Assembly: GCA_036985935.1 (NCBI GenBank)
Contig: BTQP01000001.1
Location: 1 to 44,731, forward strand
Length of the DNA stretch: 44,731 nucleotides
Reading direction: 5' to 3'
Source: Acidimicrobiia bacterium
Lineage (GTDB): Bacteria; Actinomycetota; Acidimicrobiia; Spongiisociales; UBA5794
Shown: positions 29,904 through 39,470 of the stretch, in pieces
How the letters are laid out: each line of letters opens with the position of its first letter
How positions within the stretch are numbered: position 1 is the stretch's first letter
Position numbers and translations under genes: made by a program
The notes under the pieces: generated by a model
The model's database searches: none
What the model was told of the DNA's origin: nothing
The model's input: only the letters and a program-made list of their open reading frames with translations

Positions 29904-32123
29904 TCACAGGACCAGGCGGTACGCGTCGTATACGCCGTCGATCGAGCGCAGCCCCGCGAGCACGAACTCGAGTGCCTCTCTATCGGAGAGTTCGATCTCG
30001 TACCGGAGCAGTGCGATCCGGTCTCTGCCGGTGACCGAGGACGAGGCATGGATGTTCGCTCCAGCGTCAGACAGTGCTGCGGTGACGTCCCTCAGCAGCC
30101 TCGACCGATCGAGGGCCTCAACTTGAATCCACACGAAGAAGGTGCCGGACTGTTCAGCTGACCACGCAACGTCAACGAGTCGCTCGGATTGCTTCGTCAG
30201 AGTCCCGATGTTTGCGCAGTCTGCGCGGTGCACAGACACACCTCTGCCGACGGTGACGAATCCGATGATGTCGTCTCCCGGTACCGGACCGCAGCACTTC
30301 GCCATGCGCACCAGCATGTCTTCGAGTCCTTCAACGATCACGTCACCTGATGTTCGCAACCGCCGTTTGTGCGGAGTCGGTAGCCGCTCGGCAACGACGG
30401 CCTCTGCGGATTCTTCTGGTTTCAGCCGCCGGGCAAGCCGCTGCGACACGGTCTGTGGGCTGATCCGGTTCTCGCCAACCGATTGATACAGACCGTTCAT
30501 TTCGACGAACCCCAGGTCGGCGGCAACGATGGCCAGCTCCTGTTCCGTTCCGCTGATGGGAACCCCGTCGCGCCGCATAGCGCGGTGCACCGCTTCTCTT
30601 CCTTCGACAAGTGCGGTATCACGGCGCTCCTTCGTGAACCAGGCCTTGATCTTCGATGCAGCTCGGGACGATTTCACGAAATCGAGCCAATCCCTGCTTG
30701 GATGGGCATCCTGGGCCTTCGAGGTCATGATCTCGACGATGTCGCCGCTCTCGAGCTCGGTTGACAGCGGTACAAGCCGACCGTTGACCTTTGCCCCGGA
30801 ACATCGGTGCCCCACATCTGTGTGAATGCGATAGGCAAAGTCAACGGGTGTCGCCCCCTTCGGCAGAGTCTTGACGTCGCCTCGCGGCGTGAGAGCGAAC
30901 ACCTCATCCTGATACAGGTCGAGTTTCAGGTTCTCGAGAAACTCCTTGGGATCCTCAGCGTCCTCCTGAAGGTCCTGTATGTCCTGGAGCGCCAGAAGGT
31001 CGTCATCTCCTGATTCGCCCTCCTTGTATCGCCAGTGTGCCGCGATTCCCGCTTCCGCCCTGTCGTGCATTTCGTGCGTCCGGATCTGGACCTCGAGGGC
31101 CTTACCACCGGGCCCGACCACTGTGGTGTGCAGCGACTGGTAGAAGTTGAATTTCGGCATCGCGATGTAGTCCTTGAACCGGCCCTGGATCGGCGGCCAC
31201 ATCGTGTGAACGAGACCGAGCGACGCATAACAGTCGCGAACGTCGGAGACGATTATCCGGATACCGATCAGATCGTGGATCTCTTCGAACGCCAGACCCG
31301 AAGCAACCATCTTTCGATAGATGGAGTACAGGTGCTTCGGTCGGCCGGTGATCACGGCAGGTATGCCGGCGTCTGCGAGTGTCTTGGACACATCGTCTAT
31401 GACTTGTTCGAGATACGATTCACGTTGCGGAGATCTGCGGGCCACCGCGGCTGAGATCTCGGCCTTTGGCCCCGGGAACAGAACGCCGAAGCAGATCTCC
31501 TCCATCTCATGTTTGATCTCTTGCATCCCAAGACGATGTGCCAGCGGTGCATACACGTCGAGCGTCTCCGAGGCCACCCTCTGCTGCTTCTCTGCCGGCA
31601 ATGGTGTCAACGTGCGAATGTTGTGGGTCCTATCGGCGAGTTTGATGACGAGGACGCGAATGTCCTTTGCCATTGCAACGGCCATCTTGCGAATGGTCGC
31701 CGCCTGTGCGAGTTCGCGGCTCGAGAACTTGATCCGGTCGAGTTTCGTCACACCATCGATCAGGAGCGCTACCTCGCTACCAAACTGCTCCTCGACACCG
31801 TCAAGGGTGAGGTCGGTGTCCTCGATCGTGTCGTGCATCATCGCCGCAGCCAGCGATGCTTCGTCTAGTCCGTACTCGGCGAGTATCTCGGTGACTGCGA
31901 GCGGATGAACGATGTATGGGTCGCCCGTTGCACGTTTTTGGCCCTTGTGCTGCTCCGTCGCAACCGCAAACGCATCTTCGAGCATTCCGACGTCACCGTT
32001 GGGGTGCGACCCCACGAATGTCATGACGATGTCGGCGAACATTTCATCAGGAGTTCGACCGCGTACGGCCGGATCGACGAACGGAATCACGTCGACGACA
32101 TCTGGTGCGAACTCGTCTTCCAT
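29904..32123 (-). CDS. rel: Bifunctional (p)ppGpp synthetase/hydrolase Rel
   Basis: The hydrolase domain is intact (HPLAV...MHDTIEDT). Synthetase motifs are present (RPKHLYSIYRKM, YQSLHTTV). TGS and ACT-like C-terminal regions follow. 739 aa. Confidence 0.95.
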   Translation of the reverse strand: MEDEFAPDVVDVIPFVDPAVRGRTPDEMFADIVMTFVGSHPNGDVGMLEDAFAVATEQHKGQKRATGDPYIVHPLAVTEILAEYGLDEASLAAAMMHDTIEDTDLTLDGVEEQFGSEVALLIDGVTKLDRIKFSSRELAQAATIRKMAVAMAKDIRVLVIKLADRTHNIRTLTPLPAEKQQRVASETLDVYAPLAHRLGMQEIKHEMEEICFGVLFPGPKAEISAAVARRSPQRESYLEQVIDDVSKTLADAGIPAVITGRPKHLYSIYRKMVASGLAFEEIHDLIGIRIIVSDVRDCYASLGLVHTMWPPIQGRFKDYIAMPKFNFYQSLHTTVVGPGGKALEVQIRTHEMHDRAEAGIAAHWRYKEGESGDDDLLALQDIQDLQEDAEDPKEFLENLKLDLYQDEVFALTPRGDVKTLPKGATPVDFAYRIHTDVGHRCSGAKVNGRLVPLSTELESGDIVEIMTSKAQDAHPSRDWLDFVKSSRAASKIKAWFTKERRDTALVEGREAVHRAMRRDGVPISGTEQELAIVAADLGFVEMNGLYQSVGENRISPQTVSQRLARRLKPEESAEAVVAERLPTPHKRRLRTSGDVIVEGLEDMLVRMAKCCGPVPGDDIIGFVTVGRGVSVHRADCANIGTLTKQSERLVDVAWSAEQSGTFFVWIQVEALDRSRLLRDVTAALSDAGANIHASSSVTGRDRIALLRYEIELSDREALEFVLAGLRSIDGVYDAYRLVL

Positions 32124-32132
32124 GCGACCAGT

Positions 32133-33215
32133 TTACCGACGCTTTCGCCTCTGCTTCGGAGGCTTTGCAACGACCGTTTGACCGCCGGATGCTTCGAGCG
32201 AAACAGGCGCCTTCTTTGGTTTTGCATCACCCTCGTGCGGGTCCGAATCATCATCTGCAACGTATTTGCCAGCAGCGCGCTTCTCGGCCCGCTTCTCACG
32301 TCGGTCCCACTCCGGTTCGCGCGATTTCCAACGGGACAGGATCGGTGCCGCTACGAAGATCGAGGAATATGTGCCAACCGCGATGCCGATGAACAAAGCG
32401 AGAGCAAACTCCTTCAGTGTTTCAGCGCCTAACGCAAGAAACCCGACGAACAGCAACACTCCAACAGGCAACAGCGACGTCAGAGAGGTATTGATCGAGC
32501 GCATCAGGACCTGGTTCATCGAGTGGTTGACGATCGAGCGGTACGTCGTGCGGGTATCTTCCTCCACGATGTTCTCTTTGACCTTGTCGAACACAACGAC
32601 GGTGTCGTAGAGGGAATACCCGAGAATCGTGAGCACGGCGATGATCGTCGAAGGAGTGACAACGAATCCGATGAGGGCGTAGATGCCCCCTGCGATCATC
32701 AGGTCGTGGAAAAGCGCGGCAAGCGCACTCATCGCCATCTTCCATTCGAACCGCCACGTGATGAACAGGGCGACAACGATGATGAACACGACCAGAGCCT
32801 CGATCGCCTTGCGGGTGACCTCAGCGCCGAAGGTCGGACCGACCGCTGAGATGTTTAGGTCATTGACCGTGGCTCCCGCCGTGGCCGCCACGGTCTGCGC
32901 CAACAGATCCTGTTCGCCTGCCTCGAGCGTCTCCGTCTGAATCTGAAGGAACCCGTCACCCGTGATCTGGACCCTGACATCGCTATAGCCGATATCGCGA
33001 AGGTCGGCACGCACCGATTCGACGGTCGCGTCCGCCTGATTCTCGACGGTGATGATCACCCCGCCCGTGAAGTCGATACTCAGGTTGAACGGCTTGACGA
33101 CCATCAACAGGATCGATCCGGCCACCAGGGCAGCAGACACGATGAGTGTTTTCTTCGAGATCGCGACGAAGTCGAAGGTCGTTTCGCCCCGATACATCCG
33201 GCGCACGACATTCAC
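32133..33215 (-). CDS. secF: Protein translocase subunit SecF
   Basis: SecF membrane domain, with a roughly 67-aa charged C-terminal tail ending KQRRKRR. The start forms a GTGA overlap with the secD stop. Confidence 0.9.
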   Translation of the reverse strand: MNVVRRMYRGETTFDFVAISKKTLIVSAALVAGSILLMVVKPFNLSIDFTGGVIITVENQADATVESVRADLRDIGYSDVRVQITGDGFLQIQTETLEAGEQDLLAQTVAATAGATVNDLNISAVGPTFGAEVTRKAIEALVVFIIVVALFITWRFEWKMAMSALAALFHDLMIAGGIYALIGFVVTPSTIIAVLTILGYSLYDTVVVFDKVKENIVEEDTRTTYRSIVNHSMNQVLMRSINTSLTSLLPVGVLLFVGFLALGAETLKEFALALFIGIAVGTYSSIFVAAPILSRWKSREPEWDRREKRAEKRAAGKYVADDDSDPHEGDAKPKKAPVSLEASGGQTVVAKPPKQRRKRR

Positions 33216-34759
33216 GATCCCACCTCGACGGACTCTTTGACTTCCTTGATGTCTCCTTTGCCCATGGCTCCACGGATCGAGAACGCTCCACCATCGCCGA
33301 GCGCGCCCCTGCCCATCAGGTACGTCGCGGGTCTCGTAAAGAAGTACGCAACTATGACGTCGACCACCGTCGCGATACCGAGAGTGAGTGCGAATCCTTT
33401 GACCTGACCGATCGCCAGGATGAAGAGCAAGATGGCACCGAGGAAGGTGACAGTGTCGCCCGTGAGGATCGTGCGGAACGCTCCGTCGAATGCGTGGGTT
33501 ATGGATTGTCGGAGCCCGCGACCGCTGCGGAACTCCTCCTTCGTCCTCTCGAAATACACGATGTACGAGTCAGAGGTGATGCCGATCGATACGATCACTC
33601 CCGTAACACCTGCAAGCGTCAGAGTCGTGCCCTGGGTCTGACCGAGCAGGATGATCGTACCGAGGAGGAACGATCCAAAGACCGTCAGCCCCACGATGGA
33701 TATGACGCCCAGAGATCGGTAGTAGAAGAGCATGTAGCCTGCTACGAGTACGAGACCGACGAGCCCGGCGAAGAGGCCGGCCTGTAGCGAGTCCGCACCG
33801 AGACTCGCTGAGATCGATTCCACACGCTCACGCTCGAACGTCGTCGGGAGCGCTCCATATCTGAGAATCGCAGCGAGGTTCTCGGACTCCTGTTGAGCGT
33901 TCTCCGACGAGCCAACGGTGATGATGACAGCGTTGGGATCCAGTCCTTCACTCGGAAGCACCTCGACGGCTACAGCCGGCGCTGAGAACACCTCGCCATC
34001 AACCACGATCGCGAGTTGCCGCTGCGGTGTCCCTGGTGGGAAGGAGGCAAGATAACCGGTTGCTTCTCGGAACTTCTCTCCACCTTCGTCGGTGAACTCA
34101 GGAACCACAACCCATTGGCCACCGATTCCTTGTGAAGAAAACCGGGCCGATGCGTCAGTGATGTCAGACCCCGTCGGGAACTCGACGGTCGTCCCATCCT
34201 GGAACTCGATCGTCGTCCCATCGACCTGGTAGATGAGTGGCCCATCTGCAAGTTCGAGGATCGAGCGCTCCGTGATCACATCGACGATCGTGATACCGGT
34301 GATCGGATCGACCTCGTTGAGAGGTGCGATGATCGGGTCGGTATTGAGATTTCCGTCAGGCTGGATGAGTCCAGGATTCGTGAGGGCGGGCGACTCGATT
34401 CCCTCGGATATGACGGCGCGAAAAGACAGTTCCCCTGTGGTTCCGACCGCTTGAAGTGCGCGTTCCCTGTCATCAACGCCTGGCAATTGCACGACGATCG
34501 AGCGGTCCCCTACGACGGCGATCTCCGGTTCCTGGACTCCTCCCAGGTTCTCGATACGACGGCGCATGATGTCGGCCGCTGTGTTGAGAGTGTCCTGGTC
34601 TGTTCCCTCCGGGGCGACGAGCGTCACGGCGAATCCGCCCTGCAAGTCAAGGCCGAGTTTCGGTACCCAACCAACAGCAAGCATCGTTGCGAGAGATCCC
34701 CAGGCGATCGCAAGGGTGACGATCAGGGTGACCCATGCCTTCTTACGATCCATCGCCAT
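33212..34759 (-). CDS. secD: Protein translocase subunit SecD
   Basis: N-terminal TM helix, a large periplasmic-type domain (LGLDLQGG) and a C-terminal six-TM block. The context is yajC-secD-secF. Confidence 0.9.
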   Translation of the reverse strand: MAMDRKKAWVTLIVTLAIAWGSLATMLAVGWVPKLGLDLQGGFAVTLVAPEGTDQDTLNTAADIMRRRIENLGGVQEPEIAVVGDRSIVVQLPGVDDRERALQAVGTTGELSFRAVISEGIESPALTNPGLIQPDGNLNTDPIIAPLNEVDPITGITIVDVITERSILELADGPLIYQVDGTTIEFQDGTTVEFPTGSDITDASARFSSQGIGGQWVVVPEFTDEGGEKFREATGYLASFPPGTPQRQLAIVVDGEVFSAPAVAVEVLPSEGLDPNAVIITVGSSENAQQESENLAAILRYGALPTTFERERVESISASLGADSLQAGLFAGLVGLVLVAGYMLFYYRSLGVISIVGLTVFGSFLLGTIILLGQTQGTTLTLAGVTGVIVSIGITSDSYIVYFERTKEEFRSGRGLRQSITHAFDGAFRTILTGDTVTFLGAILLFILAIGQVKGFALTLGIATVVDVIVAYFFTRPATYLMGRGALGDGGAFSIRGAMGKGDIKEVKESVEVGS

Positions 34760-35081
34760 CCTGTTCGATGCGTTCAGCGACCGCCTTCTTTATGACGCGC
34801 ATTGTGCTTCCGCCGAGGTCCAACGTGAACGCTTCTTCATCCTCATCGACCACCCGTCCGAGGATCCCACCGATCGTGCGGACCTCATCGCCCACGCCAA
34901 TCTCCGAGCGCATGTTCGCCATCTTCTTCTGGCGGCGCCGCTGCGGGAGTATCAGCAGCACATAGAACAGTCCACCCATGATCGCAAGCGGAAACAGAAA
35001 GGTGAGAATCGAGCTGCCACCGCCGTCGGCCTGAGCGAAGATGGGCAGGAATAGCGCTGCTTGTACGATCACGAAATACAT
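34743..35081 (-). CDS. yajC: Preprotein translocase subunit YajC
   Basis: YajC signature LFYVLLILPQRRRQKK followed by GDEVRTIGGILGRVV. The start is uncertain. ATG 35081 abuts GGAG, whereas GTG 35072 has 9-nt spacing. Confidence 0.8.
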   Translation of the reverse strand: MYFVIVQAALFLPIFAQADGGGSSILTFLFPLAIMGGLFYVLLILPQRRRQKKMANMRSEIGVGDEVRTIGGILGRVVDEDEEAFTLDLGGSTMRVIKKAVAERIEQDGDGS

Positions 35082-35187
35082 CTCCAGGAACGGTCCAACT
35101 GCTCCGTGTGGAACCCTGAGATGCTAGGACAGCGTCAGCAGTACATGCCTACTCGAATCTGCGGATCGATCAACGCTCGACGTGTGT

Positions 35188-36294
35188 TCACTGCCCCAGC
35201 CGTCGCTGTACGACGTCTTCGTGAAAAGCCGAAAACGTGTGATCCTCGATGTGACACCTGATATCTGCCATGAGCCTGTATGTGTACGAGAGGTTGTGCA
35301 GCGTCAGGAGGCGGTCGGCCGTTGCCTCGTGCGTTCGGTGGAGATGCCGGATATACGATCGGGAGTAGCGCTGGCACACATCGCACGGACAGTCGTCTTC
35401 GATTGGTCTCGAATCATGGGTCCATTCTGACCGCCTGATCGAGATATCGCCTTGACGCGTGAGCGCCTTTCCGTGACGAGCAAGTCGCGTGGGAAGCACA
35501 CAGTCGAACAGATCTATCCCCCGAGCAACGGCATCGAGCAGCCCCTCCGTGTCGCCAAGCCCCATCACATACCGAACGCTGTCTTCGGGGAGTTCAGGGA
35601 CCGTTGCGTCGATCGCGGCACCACGCTGCTTCGCACTCTCGCCAACCGCCAGGCCTCCGATGCCGAATCCAGGAAACCCTATGTCTGCTGTCTCGCGGGC
35701 TGAGATCTTTCGCAAATCGGGATCGGCGCCGCCCTGAACGATGCCGAACAATGCACGGTCGCTCCGCGTCTTTGCGCTCTTGGACCGCTCCGCCCATCGC
35801 AGAGTTTGGAGCATCGCGCGTTCAGCTTCGTCTCTCGGTGATGGCAAGGCAACCGGCACGTCGAGGACCATCGCGATGTCGGCACCGAGCGCCTCCTGGA
35901 TGGCTACCGATCGTTCCGGGGTCAACTCAACCCGGGAACCGTCGTAGGTTGACGAAAAGACAAGTGTTTCCTCCGAGATATGCGGTTCGAGCGACAGAAC
36001 CTGGTAACCGCCGGAATCGGTCAGGATCGGGTGTTGCCATGCCATGAAGCCGTGCAGGCCACCTTGCCCTTCGATGACTTCTCCGCCTGGGCGCAACATG
36101 AGGTGATACGTGTTCGAGAGCACGATCTGAGCTCCGAGATGCTCGAGGTCGCCGGCATCGATCGTCTTGACAGATGCCCGTGTACCGACCGCCATGAAGT
36201 TCGGCGTCTGAACGTTCCCGTGAGGGGTAGCCAGCGTGCCTGTGCGTGCATCGCCGTCAAGTGACTCCGCAACGAAGGTCACAGGCTCAGTCAT
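35188..36294 (-). CDS. tgt: tRNA-guanine(34) transglycosylase
   Basis: TPNFMAVGT, LTDSGGYQV, GLAVGE and the zinc site CPCDVCQRYSRSYIRHL. The start forms an ATGA overlap with the queA stop. Confidence 0.95.
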   Translation of the reverse strand: MTEPVTFVAESLDGDARTGTLATPHGNVQTPNFMAVGTRASVKTIDAGDLEHLGAQIVLSNTYHLMLRPGGEVIEGQGGLHGFMAWQHPILTDSGGYQVLSLEPHISEETLVFSSTYDGSRVELTPERSVAIQEALGADIAMVLDVPVALPSPRDEAERAMLQTLRWAERSKSAKTRSDRALFGIVQGGADPDLRKISARETADIGFPGFGIGGLAVGESAKQRGAAIDATVPELPEDSVRYVMGLGDTEGLLDAVARGIDLFDCVLPTRLARHGKALTRQGDISIRRSEWTHDSRPIEDDCPCDVCQRYSRSYIRHLHRTHEATADRLLTLHNLSYTYRLMADIRCHIEDHTFSAFHEDVVQRRLGQ

Positions 36295-37304
36295 CTGTCA
36301 ATCTCCAGGTACATAGCGTCACCGAACGATAGGAACCGGTACCCACTTTCGAGGGCATGGGTATAGGCATCCTTCCATCGATCACCCACCAGCGCGGAAA
36401 GCATGACAAGAAGAGTGGTTCGCGGTGCATGGAAGTTCGTGATCATCGCATCGACGACCCTCGTTCGGTATCCCGGTGTGATGAACAGGTCTGTCGGGCC
36501 CCGGTACGCCGAGATTGTGCCGTCGTCGTTCGCCACTGACTCGAGCGTCCGAACGACCGTGGTACCGACACCTACCACCCTCCCACCATCGGCGCGAGTC
36601 CGGGCCAGTGCCTCAACTGCTTGCTCACCGACTTCGATTCGTTCCGAGTGGATGTCGTGGTCTTCAATGTCGTCGCTCGACATCGGACGAAACGTGTCGA
36701 TACCGACCTCCAGATCTACCTCAGCGAACGTGACGCCGAGCTCGGTGAGCTCGGCTACGAGTCGCGGCGTGAAGTGCAGGGCGGCTGTTGGTGCGGCAGA
36801 GGATCCAATCGTGTCGGCGAACATCGTTTGATATCGCTCCGGATCCTCGAGATCGCCATGGAAGTACGGCGGAAGAGGAACAGTTCCAACCGCGGCGATT
36901 GCTTCCTCGACGTCACCACGTGCATGTATCTGAACAGTCACCACCCCGGCAGCGGGTTCGGACAGCACAGAGACCTCGAGCTCGCCGCAGTCGATAACCG
37001 TTCCGACGTGAACCTTGTTCGCTGGTCGCACCAGGGCGCGCCATCGTTCGAGATCGCCGCGTTGGGTGAGAAGCACCTCCGTCTTGCCTCCACCCGGCCG
37101 GCGGGCCCCGACGAGCCGGGCCGCCCGCACGCGTGTGCGGTTCACAACGAGCACGTCACCGGCCGAAAGGATCTGTGGGAGATCCGAGAACAGGAGGTCC
37201 TCGAGTCCGTCGAGCAGCAGTAGTCGGGAGGTGTCTCTCGGCTCGATCGCTTCCTGCGCGATCGCCTCAGCCGGCAAGTCGTAGTCGAATTCGGAAACTC
37301 TCAT
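36291..37304 (-). CDS. queA: S-adenosylmethionine:tRNA ribosyltransferase-isomerase
   Basis: MRVSEFDYDLPAEAIAQEAIEPRDTSRLL is the canonical QueA N-terminus, and the C-terminal YRFLSFGDAM is present. Confidence 0.9.
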   Translation of the reverse strand: MRVSEFDYDLPAEAIAQEAIEPRDTSRLLLLDGLEDLLFSDLPQILSAGDVLVVNRTRVRAARLVGARRPGGGKTEVLLTQRGDLERWRALVRPANKVHVGTVIDCGELEVSVLSEPAAGVVTVQIHARGDVEEAIAAVGTVPLPPYFHGDLEDPERYQTMFADTIGSSAAPTAALHFTPRLVAELTELGVTFAEVDLEVGIDTFRPMSSDDIEDHDIHSERIEVGEQAVEALARTRADGGRVVGVGTTVVRTLESVANDDGTISAYRGPTDLFITPGYRTRVVDAMITNFHAPRTTLLVMLSALVGDRWKDAYTHALESGYRFLSFGDAMYLEIDR

Positions 37305-37313
37305 GTCGATCAG

Positions 37314-38351
37314 TTATAACAGCGTGCCCTGGTCCCGATTGCTCGGAGCGTCGAGTCCGAGATGTCGGTAAGCGCGGTCCGTAGCGATTCGACCCCTTGG
37401 CGTCCTCTGCAGGAAACCCTCGAGGATGAGGAAAGGTTCATAGGCGTCTTCGACGGTCTCCGGGTCCTCACCGACCGCTATCGCAAGCGTGGATAGCCCG
37501 ACGGGGCCTCCAGCGAACTTGTTGACGATGGAATCAAGAATCGATCGGTCGACCTTGTCCAATCCGGCCTGATCTACCTCGAACACTTCGAGTGCGATGT
37601 CAGCGGTGTCGCCGTCGACGGTCCCGTCGGCTCGCACCGCGGCGTAGTCACGGACCCGCCGGAGCAAACGGTTCGCGATCCTCGGTGTGCCACGTGATCG
37701 ACGTGCGATCGCATGACACCCGTCGTCGGTAACGGTCGTGCTGAGCAGCGCCGCCGAGCGCCGAACGATCGCGGTGAGGTCGTCGATTCCGTAGTAGTCG
37801 AGCCGCGCGACGTATCCGAAACGATCGCGCAACGGTGGCGCAACCCGTCCAACCCTGGTAGTGGCGCCCACGAGTGTGAAACTCGGGAGATCGATCTTGA
37901 TCGATCGCGCGGCGGGTCCCTTACCGACCACGATGTCGAGCTGCCCATCTTCCATTGCGGGATACATCACCTCTTCCACCTGGCGAGGAAGCCGGTGAAT
38001 CTCGTCGATGAACAGCACGTCTCCCGGTTCGAGATTCGTGATAACAGCTGCAAGATCGCCCGGTCGGTCCAGGGCAGGGCCCGACGTCGATCGAAACGCT
38101 GCGCCCATCTCAGCTGCGACGATCGCCGCGAGACTCGTTTTCCCCAGTCCGGGTGGTCCTGAGAACAACAGATGATCGACAGATTCATCACGGACAGAGG
38201 CTGCCTCGATCAGAATTGAGAGTCGTTCTTTCAACGCCTCCTGACCGACGAACTCGTCCAGTTTTCGCGGCCTCAGTCCGGCCTCGAGCTCGATCTCCTC
38301 GGAGGTTTGAGCTGTTGTAAGCAGTCCTTCCTCACGCATCAGCGAACGCAT
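37314..38351 (-). CDS. ruvB: Holliday junction branch migration ATPase RuvB
   Basis: Walker [10 protein letters not shown], Walker [10 protein letters not shown], and the RuvB C-terminal winged helix. Confidence 0.95.
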   Translation of the reverse strand: MRSLMREEGLLTTAQTSEEIELEAGLRPRKLDEFVGQEALKERLSILIEAASVRDESVDHLLFSGPPGLGKTSLAAIVAAEMGAAFRSTSGPALDRPGDLAAVITNLEPGDVLFIDEIHRLPRQVEEVMYPAMEDGQLDIVVGKGPAARSIKIDLPSFTLVGATTRVGRVAPPLRDRFGYVARLDYYGIDDLTAIVRRSAALLSTTVTDDGCHAIARRSRGTPRIANRLLRRVRDYAAVRADGTVDGDTADIALEVFEVDQAGLDKVDRSILDSIVNKFAGGPVGLSTLAIAVGEDPETVEDAYEPFLILEGFLQRTPRGRIATDRAYRHLGLDAPSNRDQGTLL

Positions 38352-38370
38352 CCCTCGATGTTACATACGG

Positions 38371-38943
38371 TCACTGGGTCCTCCCGAGCTCCTGCAACGA
38401 CCGCTTCAGCATGTCTTCCACAGACAGGTCGTGTGGCATTTCGGCGAGCGTACCCCGTATCTCATCTGGTGCGTAGCCGAGACCCACAAGGGCGTCGCGC
38501 ACTTCAGCGATCGGGCCTGACGCTGAGCTCTGCTCGGCGATGATGTCCATTTTCGGACGCAACTCCAGCATGAGCTTCTCTGCGCTGCGCTTACCGATGC
38601 CGGGTACCGATGTCAGCGCCGCTTTGTCATCTGATACCACCGCGATCCGCAACTGTTCCGGCGTCATCGTCGCCAGAACTGCGAGGGCGACCTTCGGCCC
38701 GACACCTGAAACACCTAACAGCATGCTGAACAGGTCCTTGTCCTCGGCGGTGTCGAACCCGTAGAGCGCGAGCTGGTCCTCGCGAACGTGCAGATGTGTG
38801 TGCAGAACGACCTCTTCTCCGATGCCTGGCAAGTCCACCAGCGTTCGAGGAGTCACCGCGACGAGATATCCAACACCGGCCACGTCGAGTACAACCCGAT
38901 CCTCGGACCTCTGAGCCAAAAGGCCCCGAAGTCGACCGATCAT
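38371..38943 (-). CDS. ruvA: Holliday junction branch migration protein RuvA
   Basis: MIGRLRGLL is the canonical RuvA start, and the HhH motifs are present (LLGVSGVGPKVALAVL, LTSVPGIGKRSAEKL). The start forms an ATGA overlap with the ruvC stop. Confidence 0.9.
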   Translation of the reverse strand: MIGRLRGLLAQRSEDRVVLDVAGVGYLVAVTPRTLVDLPGIGEEVVLHTHLHVREDQLALYGFDTAEDKDLFSMLLGVSGVGPKVALAVLATMTPEQLRIAVVSDDKAALTSVPGIGKRSAEKLMLELRPKMDIIAEQSSASGPIAEVRDALVGLGYAPDEIRGTLAEMPHDLSVEDMLKRSLQELGRTQ

Positions 38944-39434
38944 CGTGGGACGCCCAGCGCGGTGAACGGCGCGTGTTGGAGATAACACATGGCGATACCA
39001 AGAGCGTCCGCTACGTCCGCAGGACCTCCGACACCCGCGAGACCGAGGCGCATTGCAACAACCGCCGCCACCTGCGTCTTGTCAGCGCTCCCGGAGCCGG
39101 TGATCGTGAGCTTCATCTGCGAGGGTGAGTATTCAGCGACGGTGATGCCGCGCTCGGCGATCGTCGCCATGATGACACCAGATGCCCGAGCTACGGCCAT
39201 CGCGGTTCCTCGGTTTCGGTTGACGAATACCTGTTCTATTGCCGCTGCATCGATTGGGTGGTCATCGAGGACACCAGATATGTCATGTTCTAGTTCCACG
39301 AGGCGTTCGGCTACCGATCGGTCCGGGTCTGTGCGTATCACGCCCGCGGTAACGGCCGTGGTGCGCCCCGCTGCCGATTCGATGATGCCATAGCCGGTAC
39401 GCGTCAGACCGGGATCAATTCCAAGAACGAACAT
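38940..39434 (-). CDS. ruvC: Crossover junction endodeoxyribonuclease RuvC
   Basis: MFVLGIDPGLTRTGYGI is the canonical RuvC start. ATG 39434 was read from the sequence. The ORF-track TTG at 39470 coincides with a -35-like TTGAAA and was rejected. Confidence 0.9.
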   Translation of the reverse strand: MFVLGIDPGLTRTGYGIIESAAGRTTAVTAGVIRTDPDRSVAERLVELEHDISGVLDDHPIDAAAIEQVFVNRNRGTAMAVARASGVIMATIAERGITVAEYSPSQMKLTITGSGSADKTQVAAVVAMRLGLAGVGGPADVADALGIAMCYLQHAPFTALGVPR

Positions 39435-39441
39435 ATGTTCG
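39428..39441 (-). promoter_or_regulatory. LexA (SOS/Cheo) box overlapping the ruvC start codon
   Basis: CGAACATATGTTCG is a perfect 14-nt palindrome (in context, TCGAACATATGTTCGT). It matches CGAACRNRYGTTCG and TCGAAC-N4-GTTCGA. It is the only good match I found when scanning the window for GAAC-N4-GTTC outside coding motifs. ruvCAB is SOS-regulated in mycobacteria. Confidence 0.6.
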
Positions 39442-39442
39442 A

Positions 39443-39470
39443 ATACTAGGGGCTGTCTGAGACATTTCAA
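39443..39470 (-). promoter_or_regulatory. Candidate ruvCAB promoter (-35 TTGAAA, 16-nt spacer, -10 TAGTAT)
   Basis: The minus strand reads TTGAAA-TGTCTCAGACAGCCCC-TAGTAT-TCGAAC-ATATG. The predicted TSS falls 0-2 nt before the ruvC AUG, and no SD is present, so the mRNA would be leaderless or nearly so. Confidence 0.4.

Noticed and set aside
35082-35187. The largest intergenic gap on the minus-strand array (tgt to yajC, 106 nt), examined for a tRNA, sRNA, riboswitch or promoter.
   Set aside because: It is too short and lacks a tRNA-like cloverleaf. Only a lone TAGCAT hexamer is present, with no matching -35 element. I recognised no conserved riboswitch motif.
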